In this document: piece after piece, positions 9,662 through 19,127 of the stretch
Layout: every line of letters starts with the position of its first letter
Numbering within the stretch: position 1 is the stretch's first letter
IMG/VR virus record: IMGVR_UViG_3300028797_000152
Coordinates: 1 to 64,000 of that record
Reading direction: 5' to 3' (one strand)
DNA from: an uncultured virus (IMG/VR IMGVR_UViG_3300028797_000152)
Taxonomy: Duplodnaviria > Heunggongvirae > Uroviricota > Caudoviricetes
Length of the DNA stretch: 64,000 nt
Translations under genes and position numbers: made by a program
The notes under the pieces: model-generated
What the model was told of the DNA's origin: nothing
Databases searched by the model: none
The model's input: the letters and a program-made list of their open reading frames with translations, nothing else

Positions 9662-10816
9662 ATGAAAAGATACGTAGATTCAGCGACAGTAGTCAAATAT
9701 AATGCTAATACGCGAGGAACATCTACAGGGGACTGTACTACTCGTGCAATTTCTTTAGCATTTAACATGGATTATCCTAAAGTTAGGAAATTGCAAAATG
9801 AATCTTGTAAGACAAATAGAATTTATCCTTTCAATAACTTAGAAAATTGCAAGAAAGTTATTAGTGCCCTCGGTGGAGGTCCGATGATTACAGTCACTGG
9901 TAGAGTTACTGTAGAAGAGTTTGCAGATTCTCATTCAGGAACATATATCATATACTGTGGAAAATATGAAAGCAGTTCTCGTAGAACTCATCTTGTTTGT
10001 ATAATTAATGATAGAATATATGATAGTTGGGATTCTAGAGGAAGGTTTGTCAAAGGATATTGGGAGATAAGGAATGGAATAAGGCAAGAGCACATCACCG
10101 ATATTCAGCCTGTTATCAAACAAAAACTCATAACAGATAGAGATATTAATTACTACAACGAACTTGTTGGTGGTATGATGGATAGAATCATATCCAAAAA
10201 TCGTAAGATAAAGAAACTCCAACAGGAATCTGATTTTGGTATCAGCCTGCAACTTGAAATATATAGAATCACCCTTAAAGATTATACATTCACACTGACT
10301 TGTGATATTGATGTAATCTATGGAGGAAATATTCGGGCTCAGACTTATCCAGGTAAGATTGTAGTAGTATTCAAACCTACTATGAAGGCCGACGAGATAG
10401 ATGACTATTTCTATGAAACATTCTTTAATAAATTCTATTCATATTTATACAATATCATAGCAAAGATAGAAGATACTTGCGAGGGTGTAAAACTTTTAGG
10501 CGACCAGCCTAGAAACTACAAAGGAATTGCTTTCTATGATATGCGAGACAAGAAATCTTTTGATTCACTTCCTTATTGGGTCAAATCACTTGCAACTAAC
10601 TTCTACATTGATTCAAACAGATGGGGTTACGAAGAGTGCCGTACTATTGTATTAAATATGAAGCGTCCTAAGTTTGATACTAAATATGACCCAGATAAAC
10701 CAAATGAAACTGTATATTTTAGGTCGGATAGTATGGATAGTTTGCGTGAAGGGTTAAAACATTATCAGGAAACAGGGGATTATGATAGTTCCTATAGTTT
10801 AGCCCATGATTATTAA
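9662..10816 (+). CDS. Papain-fold (C39-like) putative peptidase with MKRYVDSA leader
   Basis: GDCTTRAISLA…HLVCI…IYDSWDS gives a candidate Cys-His-Asp triad. Confidence 0.5.
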   Translation: MKRYVDSATVVKYNANTRGTSTGDCTTRAISLAFNMDYPKVRKLQNESCKTNRIYPFNNLENCKKVISALGGGPMITVTGRVTVEEFADSHSGTYIIYCGKYESSSRRTHLVCIINDRIYDSWDSRGRFVKGYWEIRNGIRQEHITDIQPVIKQKLITDRDINYYNELVGGMMDRIISKNRKIKKLQQESDFGISLQLEIYRITLKDYTFTLTCDIDVIYGGNIRAQTYPGKIVVVFKPTMKADEIDDYFYETFFNKFYSYLYNIIAKIEDTCEGVKLLGDQPRNYKGIAFYDMRDKKSFDSLPYWVKSLATNFYIDSNRWGYEECRTIVLNMKRPKFDTKYDPDKPNETVYFRSDSMDSLREGLKHYQETGDYDSSYSLAHDY

Positions 10817-10864
10817 ATCAGAATCGTTAGATAAAATATAAACCAATATTAGGAGGATATAACA

Positions 10865-11239
10865 ATGAAAAAGTACATTCGTTCCGCTAACAAGTTCACC
10901 AACAAGGTTTCTCAGCTTGTATCAAAGAAGTTTTCCGAAGATGATATTCGTGAGAAGGCTGCTACTGGAACACACGGTGATGAGACAATGTCTCAGGTCT
11001 TCAATAATATTATTCATGACCCTGACATTGAGTTCGGTGAGCCTGATAAGAACGGAAATCAGGATATTCTTTACAAGGGCAAGAATATCGGCTGGATTAA
11101 TTTCCAGAGAGGTATGGGTGACATCAATGGTAAGGCCTACAGCAAGCTTCAGAAGTATGTTGAGCCTGAGATTGATGATAGCTTCTATGAAGACGAAGAT
11201 TACGAAGATGACGAAGATTACGACGTATTTGAATATTAA
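10865..11239 (+). CDS. Protein with MKKYIRSA leader and very acidic C-terminus
   Basis: SD AGGAGG; GAATCGTTA motif upstream at 10821. Confidence 0.7.
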   Translation: MKKYIRSANKFTNKVSQLVSKKFSEDDIREKAATGTHGDETMSQVFNNIIHDPDIEFGEPDKNGNQDILYKGKNIGWINFQRGMGDINGKAYSKLQKYVEPEIDDSFYEDEDYEDDEDYDVFEY

Positions 11240-11553
11240 TGCCTAGCGATATTCCTACATCAGAAGAATTAGATTTTCAATATCTACTCCAATTACTGCC
11301 GCCGCTAGAAGATACTCCTGAATTTGCAAACCTTCCGGAGTTATTCAGCATTATTGGGGCAAAGAATCTGATTACTCTTTGCAAATATGCAGGAGGGGAA
11401 ACAATAACTATTCCTACCTTGGAGCAGTTATGCAGAGATATTGAAGCACTTCAGTGGTACTATGATGTATACATCAAAAGAACTAAGTTATCTTCAGATA
11501 TTCCACTTGATTTGAAGGAACTTGTTGCAAAGATAAGAGAGGTCTATATATGA
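11239..11553 (+). CDS. Mor/C-family transcription activator-like protein (N-terminal part)
   Basis: LFSIIGAKNLITLCKYAGGETITIP resembles the Mor dimerisation motif. Confidence 0.5.
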   Translation: MPSDIPTSEELDFQYLLQLLPPLEDTPEFANLPELFSIIGAKNLITLCKYAGGETITIPTLEQLCRDIEALQWYYDVYIKRTKLSSDIPLDLKELVAKIREVYI

Positions 11554-12299
11554 AGACACGAAATGATTTTCCTGAATACGATAATGTTGCACCTGTAAGC
11601 AATATCCATTGTTACATTGATAGAAATGGGTATTTTAGGCTTGACGCTGATTTTGGCGGATATGACTATGTTGAGTTAGGTTATGACGAGGAGTATCATG
11701 AATTTTATGTTGAAGACCCTTATATAGGGCTCGTCATATCCACTACAAGTTGCAGTGTAGCTATTGATGAATTATGCAGGTTTTATGATTTAAGCCCTGA
11801 AGATTGTGATTACATTAATAACTGCGTCAAAGAGTTGTTGACTTCAAGTTCCAGAAGAAATGGTTCTACACCAATAGTATCTTCAACAGAATCTGGATTT
11901 GGTAAAGATTTTGATGTCTTCATGCTTATGGGATATTCTGCAGATACAGGCCCTGATACAATGGGAATGGATGGCGACGATTTTTGGTGTTACGGTAAGT
12001 TCTTTGCCAAGGATTTAGCAACAGCCAAGAGGGAGCTTGAGCAAATTAAGAATAAATACCCTTGGCTCAAGACTGAAAATATGAGTTCAAGATATTATCA
12101 TAATGATATATATGTAGATGAATACAACGAATATTTTGATTCTGCTACTCGTGAAATTGAAGATGACTATGGTAATCCGATGGAAGTAGAGAATAATGTA
12201 TTTGTTAATCTTGATGCACTTATAGAATACCTTGGTATGAATAATGAATATACCTGGAAAACTGGTTATCCAGATGAAGGACTTCCATTTGAATTTTAA
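11550..12299 (+). CDS. Acidic hypothetical protein with internal IVSSTE linker
   Basis: 249 aa ORF, ATGA coupling. Confidence 0.6.
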   Translation: MKTRNDFPEYDNVAPVSNIHCYIDRNGYFRLDADFGGYDYVELGYDEEYHEFYVEDPYIGLVISTTSCSVAIDELCRFYDLSPEDCDYINNCVKELLTSSSRRNGSTPIVSSTESGFGKDFDVFMLMGYSADTGPDTMGMDGDDFWCYGKFFAKDLATAKRELEQIKNKYPWLKTENMSSRYYHNDIYVDEYNEYFDSATREIEDDYGNPMEVENNVFVNLDALIEYLGMNNEYTWKTGYPDEGLPFEF

Positions 12300-12311
12300 G
12301 GAGAAGTAATA

Positions 12312-12785
12312 ATGTTACAGTATGGCGATTATCATGACATTGCTTATGATGTCCTTGAAAAGTTAAATCTTCCTGATTATAAAGATTTAACTCCTGAAAG
12401 AATTAATGAGCTTAATGAGTTACTTAATAATGATACTTTAATTGACCAGATGATTGATGAAGCAATGGTTAATTATGATACTTCCGATAACATCCCTTCC
12501 GATGTTGAAGACCTCAAGAACAATGCTTCCGATGAAGTTTTCTTCACAATTAATGATTTAATAGATTCTTATTCTAGAGCTCAAGAGCAAAAAGTATTTA
12601 ATGCTTATGAAGCAATTGTAGAAGCAATTAAAAACGCAAATATTCCCGATGTAGTAGAAGTTGAAGCCGTTTATGAACCTGCAGACCCAGATGTAGGTAT
12701 CTTTAACGAGGAGCGAGCTATTAATATCGTATTGTCTACCGGCGATTACATTGTTTTCAATGTAGAGTTTGACTGGGTTAATTAA
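12312..12785 (+). CDS. Acidic hypothetical protein
   Basis: ORF with SD AAGGAG. Confidence 0.6.
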   Translation: MLQYGDYHDIAYDVLEKLNLPDYKDLTPERINELNELLNNDTLIDQMIDEAMVNYDTSDNIPSDVEDLKNNASDEVFFTINDLIDSYSRAQEQKVFNAYEAIVEAIKNANIPDVVEVEAVYEPADPDVGIFNEERAINIVLSTGDYIVFNVEFDWVN

Positions 12786-12810
12786 GTAGCGAGGTTGATA
12801 TTAACTACTA

Positions 12811-12993
12811 ATGCTTGAAACAGTAAAGAAGTATATAGCAGAATTACCTGATAATGATTTCAACGATTATTATCAGCGTTATATTTTCCAGATTCAAGAT
12901 GACAATCTATCAAACGAAAGAGGAGTATCTGATTCAACCTTTAATTCAATTAATAAGTTGCTAAATAAAATCAGGAAAGAGATAGGAATGTAA
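12811..12993 (+). CDS. Small hypothetical protein
   Basis: 60 aa ORF filling the gap between genes. Confidence 0.5.
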   Translation: MLETVKKYIAELPDNDFNDYYQRYIFQIQDDNLSNERGVSDSTFNSINKLLNKIRKEIGM

Positions 12994-12994
12994 T

Positions 12995-13399
12995 ATGAGA
13001 ATCGAATCATCCAAGCGAGAAATAATTGATTCTACAGATATACAGAACGCATATATCAAATTCTATCCTTACATGATGGATTACCTTTGGGACCTTCATA
13101 CTGTCATGGATTTGGCTAATCTTGAAATCGCTATCTTCACATTATTTCCTAATAAAGAGGAAATGCAAAGGTGTGTAGATGCTCTTGAATTGGACATAAG
13201 AGATACTTATAAAGACGAAGTCGAAGATGGTGAGAAGTTTAAGAAGACCTTTGAATCTGTGAAGCAATGTATTGAAGATTATCAAGATTCAGGGTATGCT
13301 ATCTATCAAGTTGGTGAAAGTTTAGATGTTGAAGAGATAAAAGAAGAAGTAGAGCCTAAAAACAAAACTCTTCATTTAGGGAGAATTGTAGAGCGATAA
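12995..13399 (+). CDS. Hypothetical protein
   Basis: 134 aa ORF. Confidence 0.6.
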   Translation: MRIESSKREIIDSTDIQNAYIKFYPYMMDYLWDLHTVMDLANLEIAIFTLFPNKEEMQRCVDALELDIRDTYKDEVEDGEKFKKTFESVKQCIEDYQDSGYAIYQVGESLDVEEIKEEVEPKNKTLHLGRIVER

Positions 13400-13504
13400 T
13401 CAATTTCTATAATTGGTTAGATAAACATATGGCGGAGTTATTTAAACTTCGCTATAATTTTGAATAAATAACCTTGTTTATTATTGAATAGAGGAGATTG
13501 TAAT

Positions 13505-14104
13505 ATGAATTTCATGCTAGATGTAGATGCTGCAGACCAAGTAGCAAATTCTCTCTTAGTTATAGTTCCTGCCGTATTAGGGACTATAGGAGTTATATTC
13601 GGAGGAACAGGCTTCTGGCAATGGAAACAGGCTAAAGATGAGGCAAAGCGTCTTAAAGCAGAAAAAGAAAGTGCCGAAAATGACAAGATAGATAATCTAA
13701 CAGATAACATGGCTAACCTTACAGACAAAGTAGACAATGTAACAGATGTTATCGAGGAACTCAGAGACGATATATTAGTTCTTCAACATGCAAATGAAGA
13801 AACTGTAAAATATCGGGAGCACAGAGACCAGCAAGATAGAATAGATTCAACAGAACGCAGAGCAATAATAGAATCCCTTTGCGGAATGATGCGAGAAAGA
13901 CTTCTTGATAATTATAAAAGATGTATTAAAAAGGGTTACTATACTCGTGAAGAGCGTGAAATATATGGTGAGATGTTTGAATGTTATGAAAAACCACCAT
14001 TCAATGGTGATGGAGTAATGCATGACCTCAGGCCTATAATGAAAGACCTACCTTGGACTGCAGAAGAGGCAGGCGTACTTGATGACGAAGATAGCGAAGA
14101 TTAA
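13505..14104 (+). CDS. Single-TM coiled-coil membrane protein of a type often found near phage lysis genes
   Basis: Hydrophobic LLVIVPAVLGTIGVIFGGTGFW, coiled coil, C-terminal CIKKGY…Y…NGDG; SD GAGGAG. Confidence 0.55.
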   Translation: MNFMLDVDAADQVANSLLVIVPAVLGTIGVIFGGTGFWQWKQAKDEAKRLKAEKESAENDKIDNLTDNMANLTDKVDNVTDVIEELRDDILVLQHANEETVKYREHRDQQDRIDSTERRAIIESLCGMMRERLLDNYKRCIKKGYYTREEREIYGEMFECYEKPPFNGDGVMHDLRPIMKDLPWTAEEAGVLDDEDSED

Positions 14105-14144
14105 TCGTTATTATAAATGAAATTAATTTAAAGGAGATATAAAT

Positions 14145-14537
14145 ATGGACTATAGTTCAGTAATAGAACAATTCTTCATCGACATGGGATGCTCAGTTCG
14201 TCCTGTTACTTCAATTTCGGAAACTAGTTACGAAGTAGAAATCTATTACACTGATGAGGAGATTGAAACTTATCTCAACCACGGCACTGAAATCCTTCTG
14301 ACTTTATCTGATGTTCATGTTGAAGAAGATGGAGATAGGCAGTATGTTGTTGGTGATGTTGATTTCAGCAATATTGAAGTTCCTGGATTAAAAGATTCTC
14401 AGGACAGGTTTTATGATTTTGACCGTGGAATAAATATGGCATTATCACTTTTAGAAGAGGTTGCTGTCAATACTAAAAGAATAATTAATAACATTTCTGA
14501 AGATATTGTAGAAGGCCAACTCTGGATTGAGTTATAA
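14145..14537 (+). CDS. Acidic hypothetical protein
   Basis: SD AAGGAG; TAATCGTTAT upstream at 14102. Confidence 0.6.
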   Translation: MDYSSVIEQFFIDMGCSVRPVTSISETSYEVEIYYTDEEIETYLNHGTEILLTLSDVHVEEDGDRQYVVGDVDFSNIEVPGLKDSQDRFYDFDRGINMALSLLEEVAVNTKRIINNISEDIVEGQLWIEL

Positions 14538-14566
14538 TAAGATATTATTAGGAGGAACTACATAAT

Positions 14567-15040
14567 ATGAAGATTACAAAATCAGGTAAGAGAGCAGTAA
14601 CAGCCTCTGAAGCAATTACACTTACAGCAGATGAGAAGAAACAGCTCAAAGACATGCTGTTCAATAAGTTAGAAAGCCTTTGTGAATATCATGATGATAT
14701 AGTCCCCACAGAATATATGGACCTCGAAGAGTTGATGGACTGTTATTTCTACTGGGGTGATGAATACAACAACGGTTATCTCGGCTACAAGCAGCCTAAG
14801 GACAAGCTTGAAAGTTATCTCCTTCAAGAATTCAAGAAATATACCGGAGATGTTGAAGCTTGTGGTGACATCAAATCCTCAAAGAAAATTTCTGCTAATC
14901 AGCAAGCAATGGCCCATATTAAAGCAGCAATTGATATCCTTGGCAATTCTGGAATGAAAGACGATGTAACAAAAGATAGCATCGCCAATCTTGCTACTGT
15001 AATGTTTGATATCAAGGCAAGTGAAGACTCTAGCAAATAA
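14567..15040 (+). CDS. Hypothetical protein with VTAS, VEACGDIKSS and ISAN linker motifs
   Basis: SD AGGAGG; shares the VEACGDI motif with ORF 29772. Confidence 0.65.
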   Translation: MKITKSGKRAVTASEAITLTADEKKQLKDMLFNKLESLCEYHDDIVPTEYMDLEELMDCYFYWGDEYNNGYLGYKQPKDKLESYLLQEFKKYTGDVEACGDIKSSKKISANQQAMAHIKAAIDILGNSGMKDDVTKDSIANLATVMFDIKASEDSSK

Positions 15041-15079
15041 AGGGCTTTATTAAATGCATATTTTGAAGGATAAGAATAA

Positions 15080-15529
15080 ATGAAGTTATATGTAAGGACA
15101 GCTGAATCAGAAAAGCCTACTCCCACAGGGAATGTAGGAATCTGGTGGTATTACAATGGCAAAGTTGTAGGGGAATTCTGTCCTGTGTCTGAAGGAATAG
15201 AAGATAGAGGTTACATACAATTCAGTAAAACAAAGAATCTTATAACCGAATGGAAATCTACAATAGAAGAACAACTTCCTGAAGCTGTTGATTTAATTCC
15301 TAAAGGATACAGGTCAATAGAAAGAGGAAGAGTAGTATATGATATCAGGTCTCAAGTATTTGAAATCATATGCAGTCAAGAAATCGCAAAAGATGAAAAT
15401 GCTATAAAATTGATTGCAGAAGAATTCGAGATTTCAAACCAACGATATGATGTCATAGCAAGCTCACATTATTATATTCCAACAATGACAGGTAATCCTG
15501 CATTAGATAATTTTGATTTTGGAGATTGA
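15080..15529 (+). CDS. Protein with MKLYVRTA leader (VGIWW…RGRVVYD type)
   Basis: 149 aa ORF. Confidence 0.65.
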   Translation: MKLYVRTAESEKPTPTGNVGIWWYYNGKVVGEFCPVSEGIEDRGYIQFSKTKNLITEWKSTIEEQLPEAVDLIPKGYRSIERGRVVYDIRSQVFEIICSQEIAKDENAIKLIAEEFEISNQRYDVIASSHYYIPTMTGNPALDNFDFGD

Positions 15530-15533
15530 AAAG

Positions 15534-15932
15534 GTGAAGATATACATTAAGAGACAATCAAATTATATTCTTTCAACTGCACTCATATCTGATGATACAG
15601 AACTTAATGTGTTCTTCGAAGTGTATTCAGATTCAAAAATGACAACTAAATCTAGTGTTACGATACCTAAAATTAGATGTAAGAACACATTAACTTCTTG
15701 CAGAGATGCAATTCTGAAGAAATTTAATGCTATGCCAGAATCTACTGCAAATAAACTCAAAAACTCAGTTGTAATATGTATTGCTACTCCTGGAGGAAGT
15801 ATCAATGAATTATGTTTTATTCGAGGCACTATTTCCAATATAACTTACTGTAGGCCTCAGCGTGAAGAAGATGATAAGCCCTTCACAGATTGCGATGTCA
15901 ATCTAAATAGAGAATATGGAGGTTCTAATTAA
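15534..15932 (+). CDS. Protein with MKIYIKR leader (GTG start)
   Basis: GTG 15534 after GGAG gives the leader motif. Confidence 0.55.
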   Translation: MKIYIKRQSNYILSTALISDDTELNVFFEVYSDSKMTTKSSVTIPKIRCKNTLTSCRDAILKKFNAMPESTANKLKNSVVICIATPGGSINELCFIRGTISNITYCRPQREEDDKPFTDCDVNLNREYGGSN

Positions 15933-16354
15933 TGAAACTATATGTAAAAGCATCAAAGAACGAAGACAGTGCAATTGCTACCCTTAGAAGAATGCCTCAG
16001 TATCTTGCAGGCGGTATTATTCTGTTATCTACAGTATTGAATAAAGAGAGGTGCGGAAATACTTCTAATTACGATGAAGCTGAAGAATATGTTATTTCAA
16101 GAACTGTAAATAATAAACATTCAAAGAGAAGTAAAGACGCAGGTACTGTTGATTTAGTGCATGATATATTCGACTACGCTAAGAAAAATAACATATCAAT
16201 TGCAAAATTAGTTCAAATGGCAGGATGTTGGGAAAGATACTCATCTTTCCGTTACTACAAAAGCGGACTTAGCGATAGTTATTCAAATCATCATGAATGG
16301 CTTCGTGATGCAATGCGTGAAGCTCGTAAACATTATAATATTAAGAATTATTGA
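15932..16354 (+). CDS. Protein with MKLYVKAS leader
   Basis: SD GGAGG; TAATG coupling. Confidence 0.65.
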   Translation: MKLYVKASKNEDSAIATLRRMPQYLAGGIILLSTVLNKERCGNTSNYDEAEEYVISRTVNNKHSKRSKDAGTVDLVHDIFDYAKKNNISIAKLVQMAGCWERYSSFRYYKSGLSDSYSNHHEWLRDAMREARKHYNIKNY

Positions 16355-16392
16355 TTATCTGATTACTGCTTGTTTTCAGCAAGCATTATTTA

Positions 16393-16432
16393 AGGTCTCA
16401 GTATCACATATGCTGAGGCCTCGATTTCTTTT
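16393..16432 (+). terminator. Probable intrinsic terminator
   Basis: AGGTCTCAGTAT…ATGCTGAGGCCT hairpin followed by a T-rich tract. Confidence 0.5.
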
Positions 16433-16483
16433 ATAACCTTATATATCGTCAACAAATCCTAATTGAAAAGGTGTCATATAAAC

Positions 16484-17086
16484 ATGATAAGCGAAGATGA
16501 GCTCAAAACCTTTGAGGAGTCTGGAACAGATAGCAGTATTGAAACTACTGACACCTTAGTCGACCCTCTTCTCAAAGAACAAAAACAGCAAGCAGAACAA
16601 ATGCGTTCTGCCCTTTTAAACTGTAAGAAGAATGATATCAATTCTGCAAAGGTAGCATTACAGAATATTGCAGTATTGCAAGTCTATCATCAAGTTAGCA
16701 GAATAATTCGCTATACAGAAATGATGGATAGACTTGAAGACAAGTTGTATGATTCTATCGATATGAATCTTGCAGAGATGGACGAATGTGACCCTAATAC
16801 AATGTTAGTATTGTTAAAGGTTCAATCTCAACTCCAAGAGTCAATGGTTCTTTCACAGAAGTTATTAGAGCCATATATGAATATAGACCTTGAAGCAATA
16901 GCCCCGCCGGTAGATATTACAGAAGAAACGTCGTTTGGTGCGGCTATCATTCCTAAGGAATCTAGAAATGTAATCCGAAATGGTGCACAAGCACTCTTAA
17001 CAGAACTTCGCAACGCTGAAAACCTTTCTCCGAATAACGAGGCTACTGAAAAAGATGACGGAAATAGTGACGCCGATACGCAGTGA
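16484..17086 (+). CDS. Putative terminase small subunit
   Basis: Helical ~200 aa protein overlapping the terL start; TAACCTT upstream; call is from position only. Confidence 0.4.
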   Translation: MISEDELKTFEESGTDSSIETTDTLVDPLLKEQKQQAEQMRSALLNCKKNDINSAKVALQNIAVLQVYHQVSRIIRYTEMMDRLEDKLYDSIDMNLAEMDECDPNTMLVLLKVQSQLQESMVLSQKLLEPYMNIDLEAIAPPVDITEETSFGAAIIPKESRNVIRNGAQALLTELRNAENLSPNNEATEKDDGNSDADTQ

Positions 17087-19088
17087 CGCTCTTGATTACG
17101 AAGACATTATAAATAGAATCAAATCTATCTATAATGAATGTTCTCCGCTAGAGCAGAATATGTTCCTCAAAATATTAGAGGAACTTAGCGATAAGGGCTA
17201 CTCTGAAACTCTTGAAACAATCTACTTAGTTGACTTCAAAGAAATTCCTGTTAGTATTGATAGATTTTTAAAAGACCCGGAATATCTCGGAGCATCTAAT
17301 GATAACGGTAATCAGATATATCCCGGCTGGTGGAAAGTATATCACGACGTATTTGATTCTCAAAAAGACATATATGAAGTATGTTTAAGCGGAGCTACAA
17401 GAATTGGTAAGAGTTCTACGGCTGTTGCTTGTATGTGTTATATGACATATCTTTTGATGTGTTATAGAAATCCTCAAAAGTATTTCGGACTTAAAGAAGT
17501 ATCTAGGGCTACAGTTGCATTTGCTAATCTTACTAAAGATTTGGCAACTGGTGTCGCTTATAGAGAATTCAACGACACATTATTAAAATCACCTTGGTTC
17601 AATCGACACGGTAAATTCACAAATAGTGCAACTAAGCCGGTTTATATTCCAGAAGGAAATCAAATAGAACTTGTTGCTGCTTCAGATGCTGCACATGTTC
17701 TCGGCATGCAGCTTTGGGCAGCATTAATCGACGAGGTGAACTTTGCAAGAGCAGGTGTAAAAGACCTCTCAATATCAAAGAATCATATGAAGCACTTGTA
17801 TAATACAGCAAATGCTCGTATTACAGGTACATTCAAATTGAATGGTAAAATATATGGAAAGATGTTCACATGTTCATCAAAGAATACTGATAACGATTAT
17901 CTCTCAGAGCATATAGAACAGCAGTTAGATGCCGGAAATAAACATATGTATCTTTTTGATAAACCTCAGTGGGAAGTATTACCTGCATATAGGTTCGGCA
18001 AAGAGAAATTTCATATTACTGTTGGAGATAGATTTAAGAGAGGTTTCGTAGTTCCTGACGAGAACGATGACCCAGTACATCTTAAAGAATACGAAGACGA
18101 AGGATATCAGGTATTAGAAGTTCCTGCAGATTACAAACCTAACTTCAAGGCCGACTATGATATTGCCCTAAGAGATATAGCCGGAATATCTGTAGTAGGT
18201 TCTATGGGTTTCATTACTCAGGAAATGATAACACCTAATGTAAGTGAAGATAGAGTAAATCCGTTCTTCGAAGACTATTATGAAATTGGTCTCAGAGATA
18301 ATGATACAATTGAACGACATTTTCATCCCGAAGTAGTTCCGGCTAATCTTAAAGCACTACCAATGAATATACATATCGACTTCGCTGAAGTTTCTGACCA
18401 TATCGGTATTTCAGGAGTAGTTATAGATGGTAATAAGAATGTAATCGATATACAAACAGAAAAGAAAGTAATGATGCCTTTCTTCAGACAAATATTTCAA
18501 GTAGCAATTGGTTCGCCTAGAGGCGATAGAATGTCATTCCAGAAAGTAATCAATTTCATATTATGGTTAAAGCGAAGCGGATTCAACATTGGAATAGTTT
18601 CAACAGACCAATATCAATCTGCATATGTACGCGAGAATTTGGAGCATCAAGGATTTACTACTGAAAAAGTATCCGTAGATAGAACAATAGACCCATATAT
18701 ATCGCTAAGAAATCTCTTACAAGACCAAAGGATAGAACTGATAAAGTGTGATTTACAAGAAATTGAAATGATTAATCTTCAAAGAAACAACGACCGTATT
18801 GACCACCGGCCCCAAGGTAACTCTGGGAGTGCTGGAGGAAGCGGTGTCCCTTGCCTTGCTAATGGTTATAACAGTAAAGGAATTGGTAAAGACTGCGCAG
18901 ATGCTTTATGCGGGGCTTGTTCTTCATTGATAGAACATCTTGATTTGATTAAACCTCCGGCTAAATCTGTAATTAACGCAATTTCTTCTGTAAACACAGG
19001 AAATAGAGGTGGATATGTTCCAGGATTTGGTGCCCCTAACCGGCCTACAACAATTCCTGGGTTCGGAACTCAGTATAGAAGATTCTAA
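17055..19088 (+). CDS. terL: Terminase large subunit
   Basis: Walker A SGATRIGKS, Walker B LIDEVNF, CSS coupling motif, nuclease HIDFAEVSD, DQYQS, KDCADALCG. Confidence 0.88.
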   Translation: MTEIVTPIRSDALDYEDIINRIKSIYNECSPLEQNMFLKILEELSDKGYSETLETIYLVDFKEIPVSIDRFLKDPEYLGASNDNGNQIYPGWWKVYHDVFDSQKDIYEVCLSGATRIGKSSTAVACMCYMTYLLMCYRNPQKYFGLKEVSRATVAFANLTKDLATGVAYREFNDTLLKSPWFNRHGKFTNSATKPVYIPEGNQIELVAASDAAHVLGMQLWAALIDEVNFARAGVKDLSISKNHMKHLYNTANARITGTFKLNGKIYGKMFTCSSKNTDNDYLSEHIEQQLDAGNKHMYLFDKPQWEVLPAYRFGKEKFHITVGDRFKRGFVVPDENDDPVHLKEYEDEGYQVLEVPADYKPNFKADYDIALRDIAGISVVGSMGFITQEMITPNVSEDRVNPFFEDYYEIGLRDNDTIERHFHPEVVPANLKALPMNIHIDFAEVSDHIGISGVVIDGNKNVIDIQTEKKVMMPFFRQIFQVAIGSPRGDRMSFQKVINFILWLKRSGFNIGIVSTDQYQSAYVRENLEHQGFTTEKVSVDRTIDPYISLRNLLQDQRIELIKCDLQEIEMINLQRNNDRIDHRPQGNSGSAGGSGVPCLANGYNSKGIGKDCADALCGACSSLIEHLDLIKPPAKSVINAISSVNTGNRGGYVPGFGAPNRPTTIPGFGTQYRRF

Positions 19089-19127
19089 CGAGTCTTTTAA
19101 TATAATTTTATTAAGGAGGCATTATAT

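Noticed and set aside
17055..19088. Intein or intron in terminase (or RecA)
   Set aside because: No C…HN splice motifs or frame breaks; the RecA insertion is a short charged helix.
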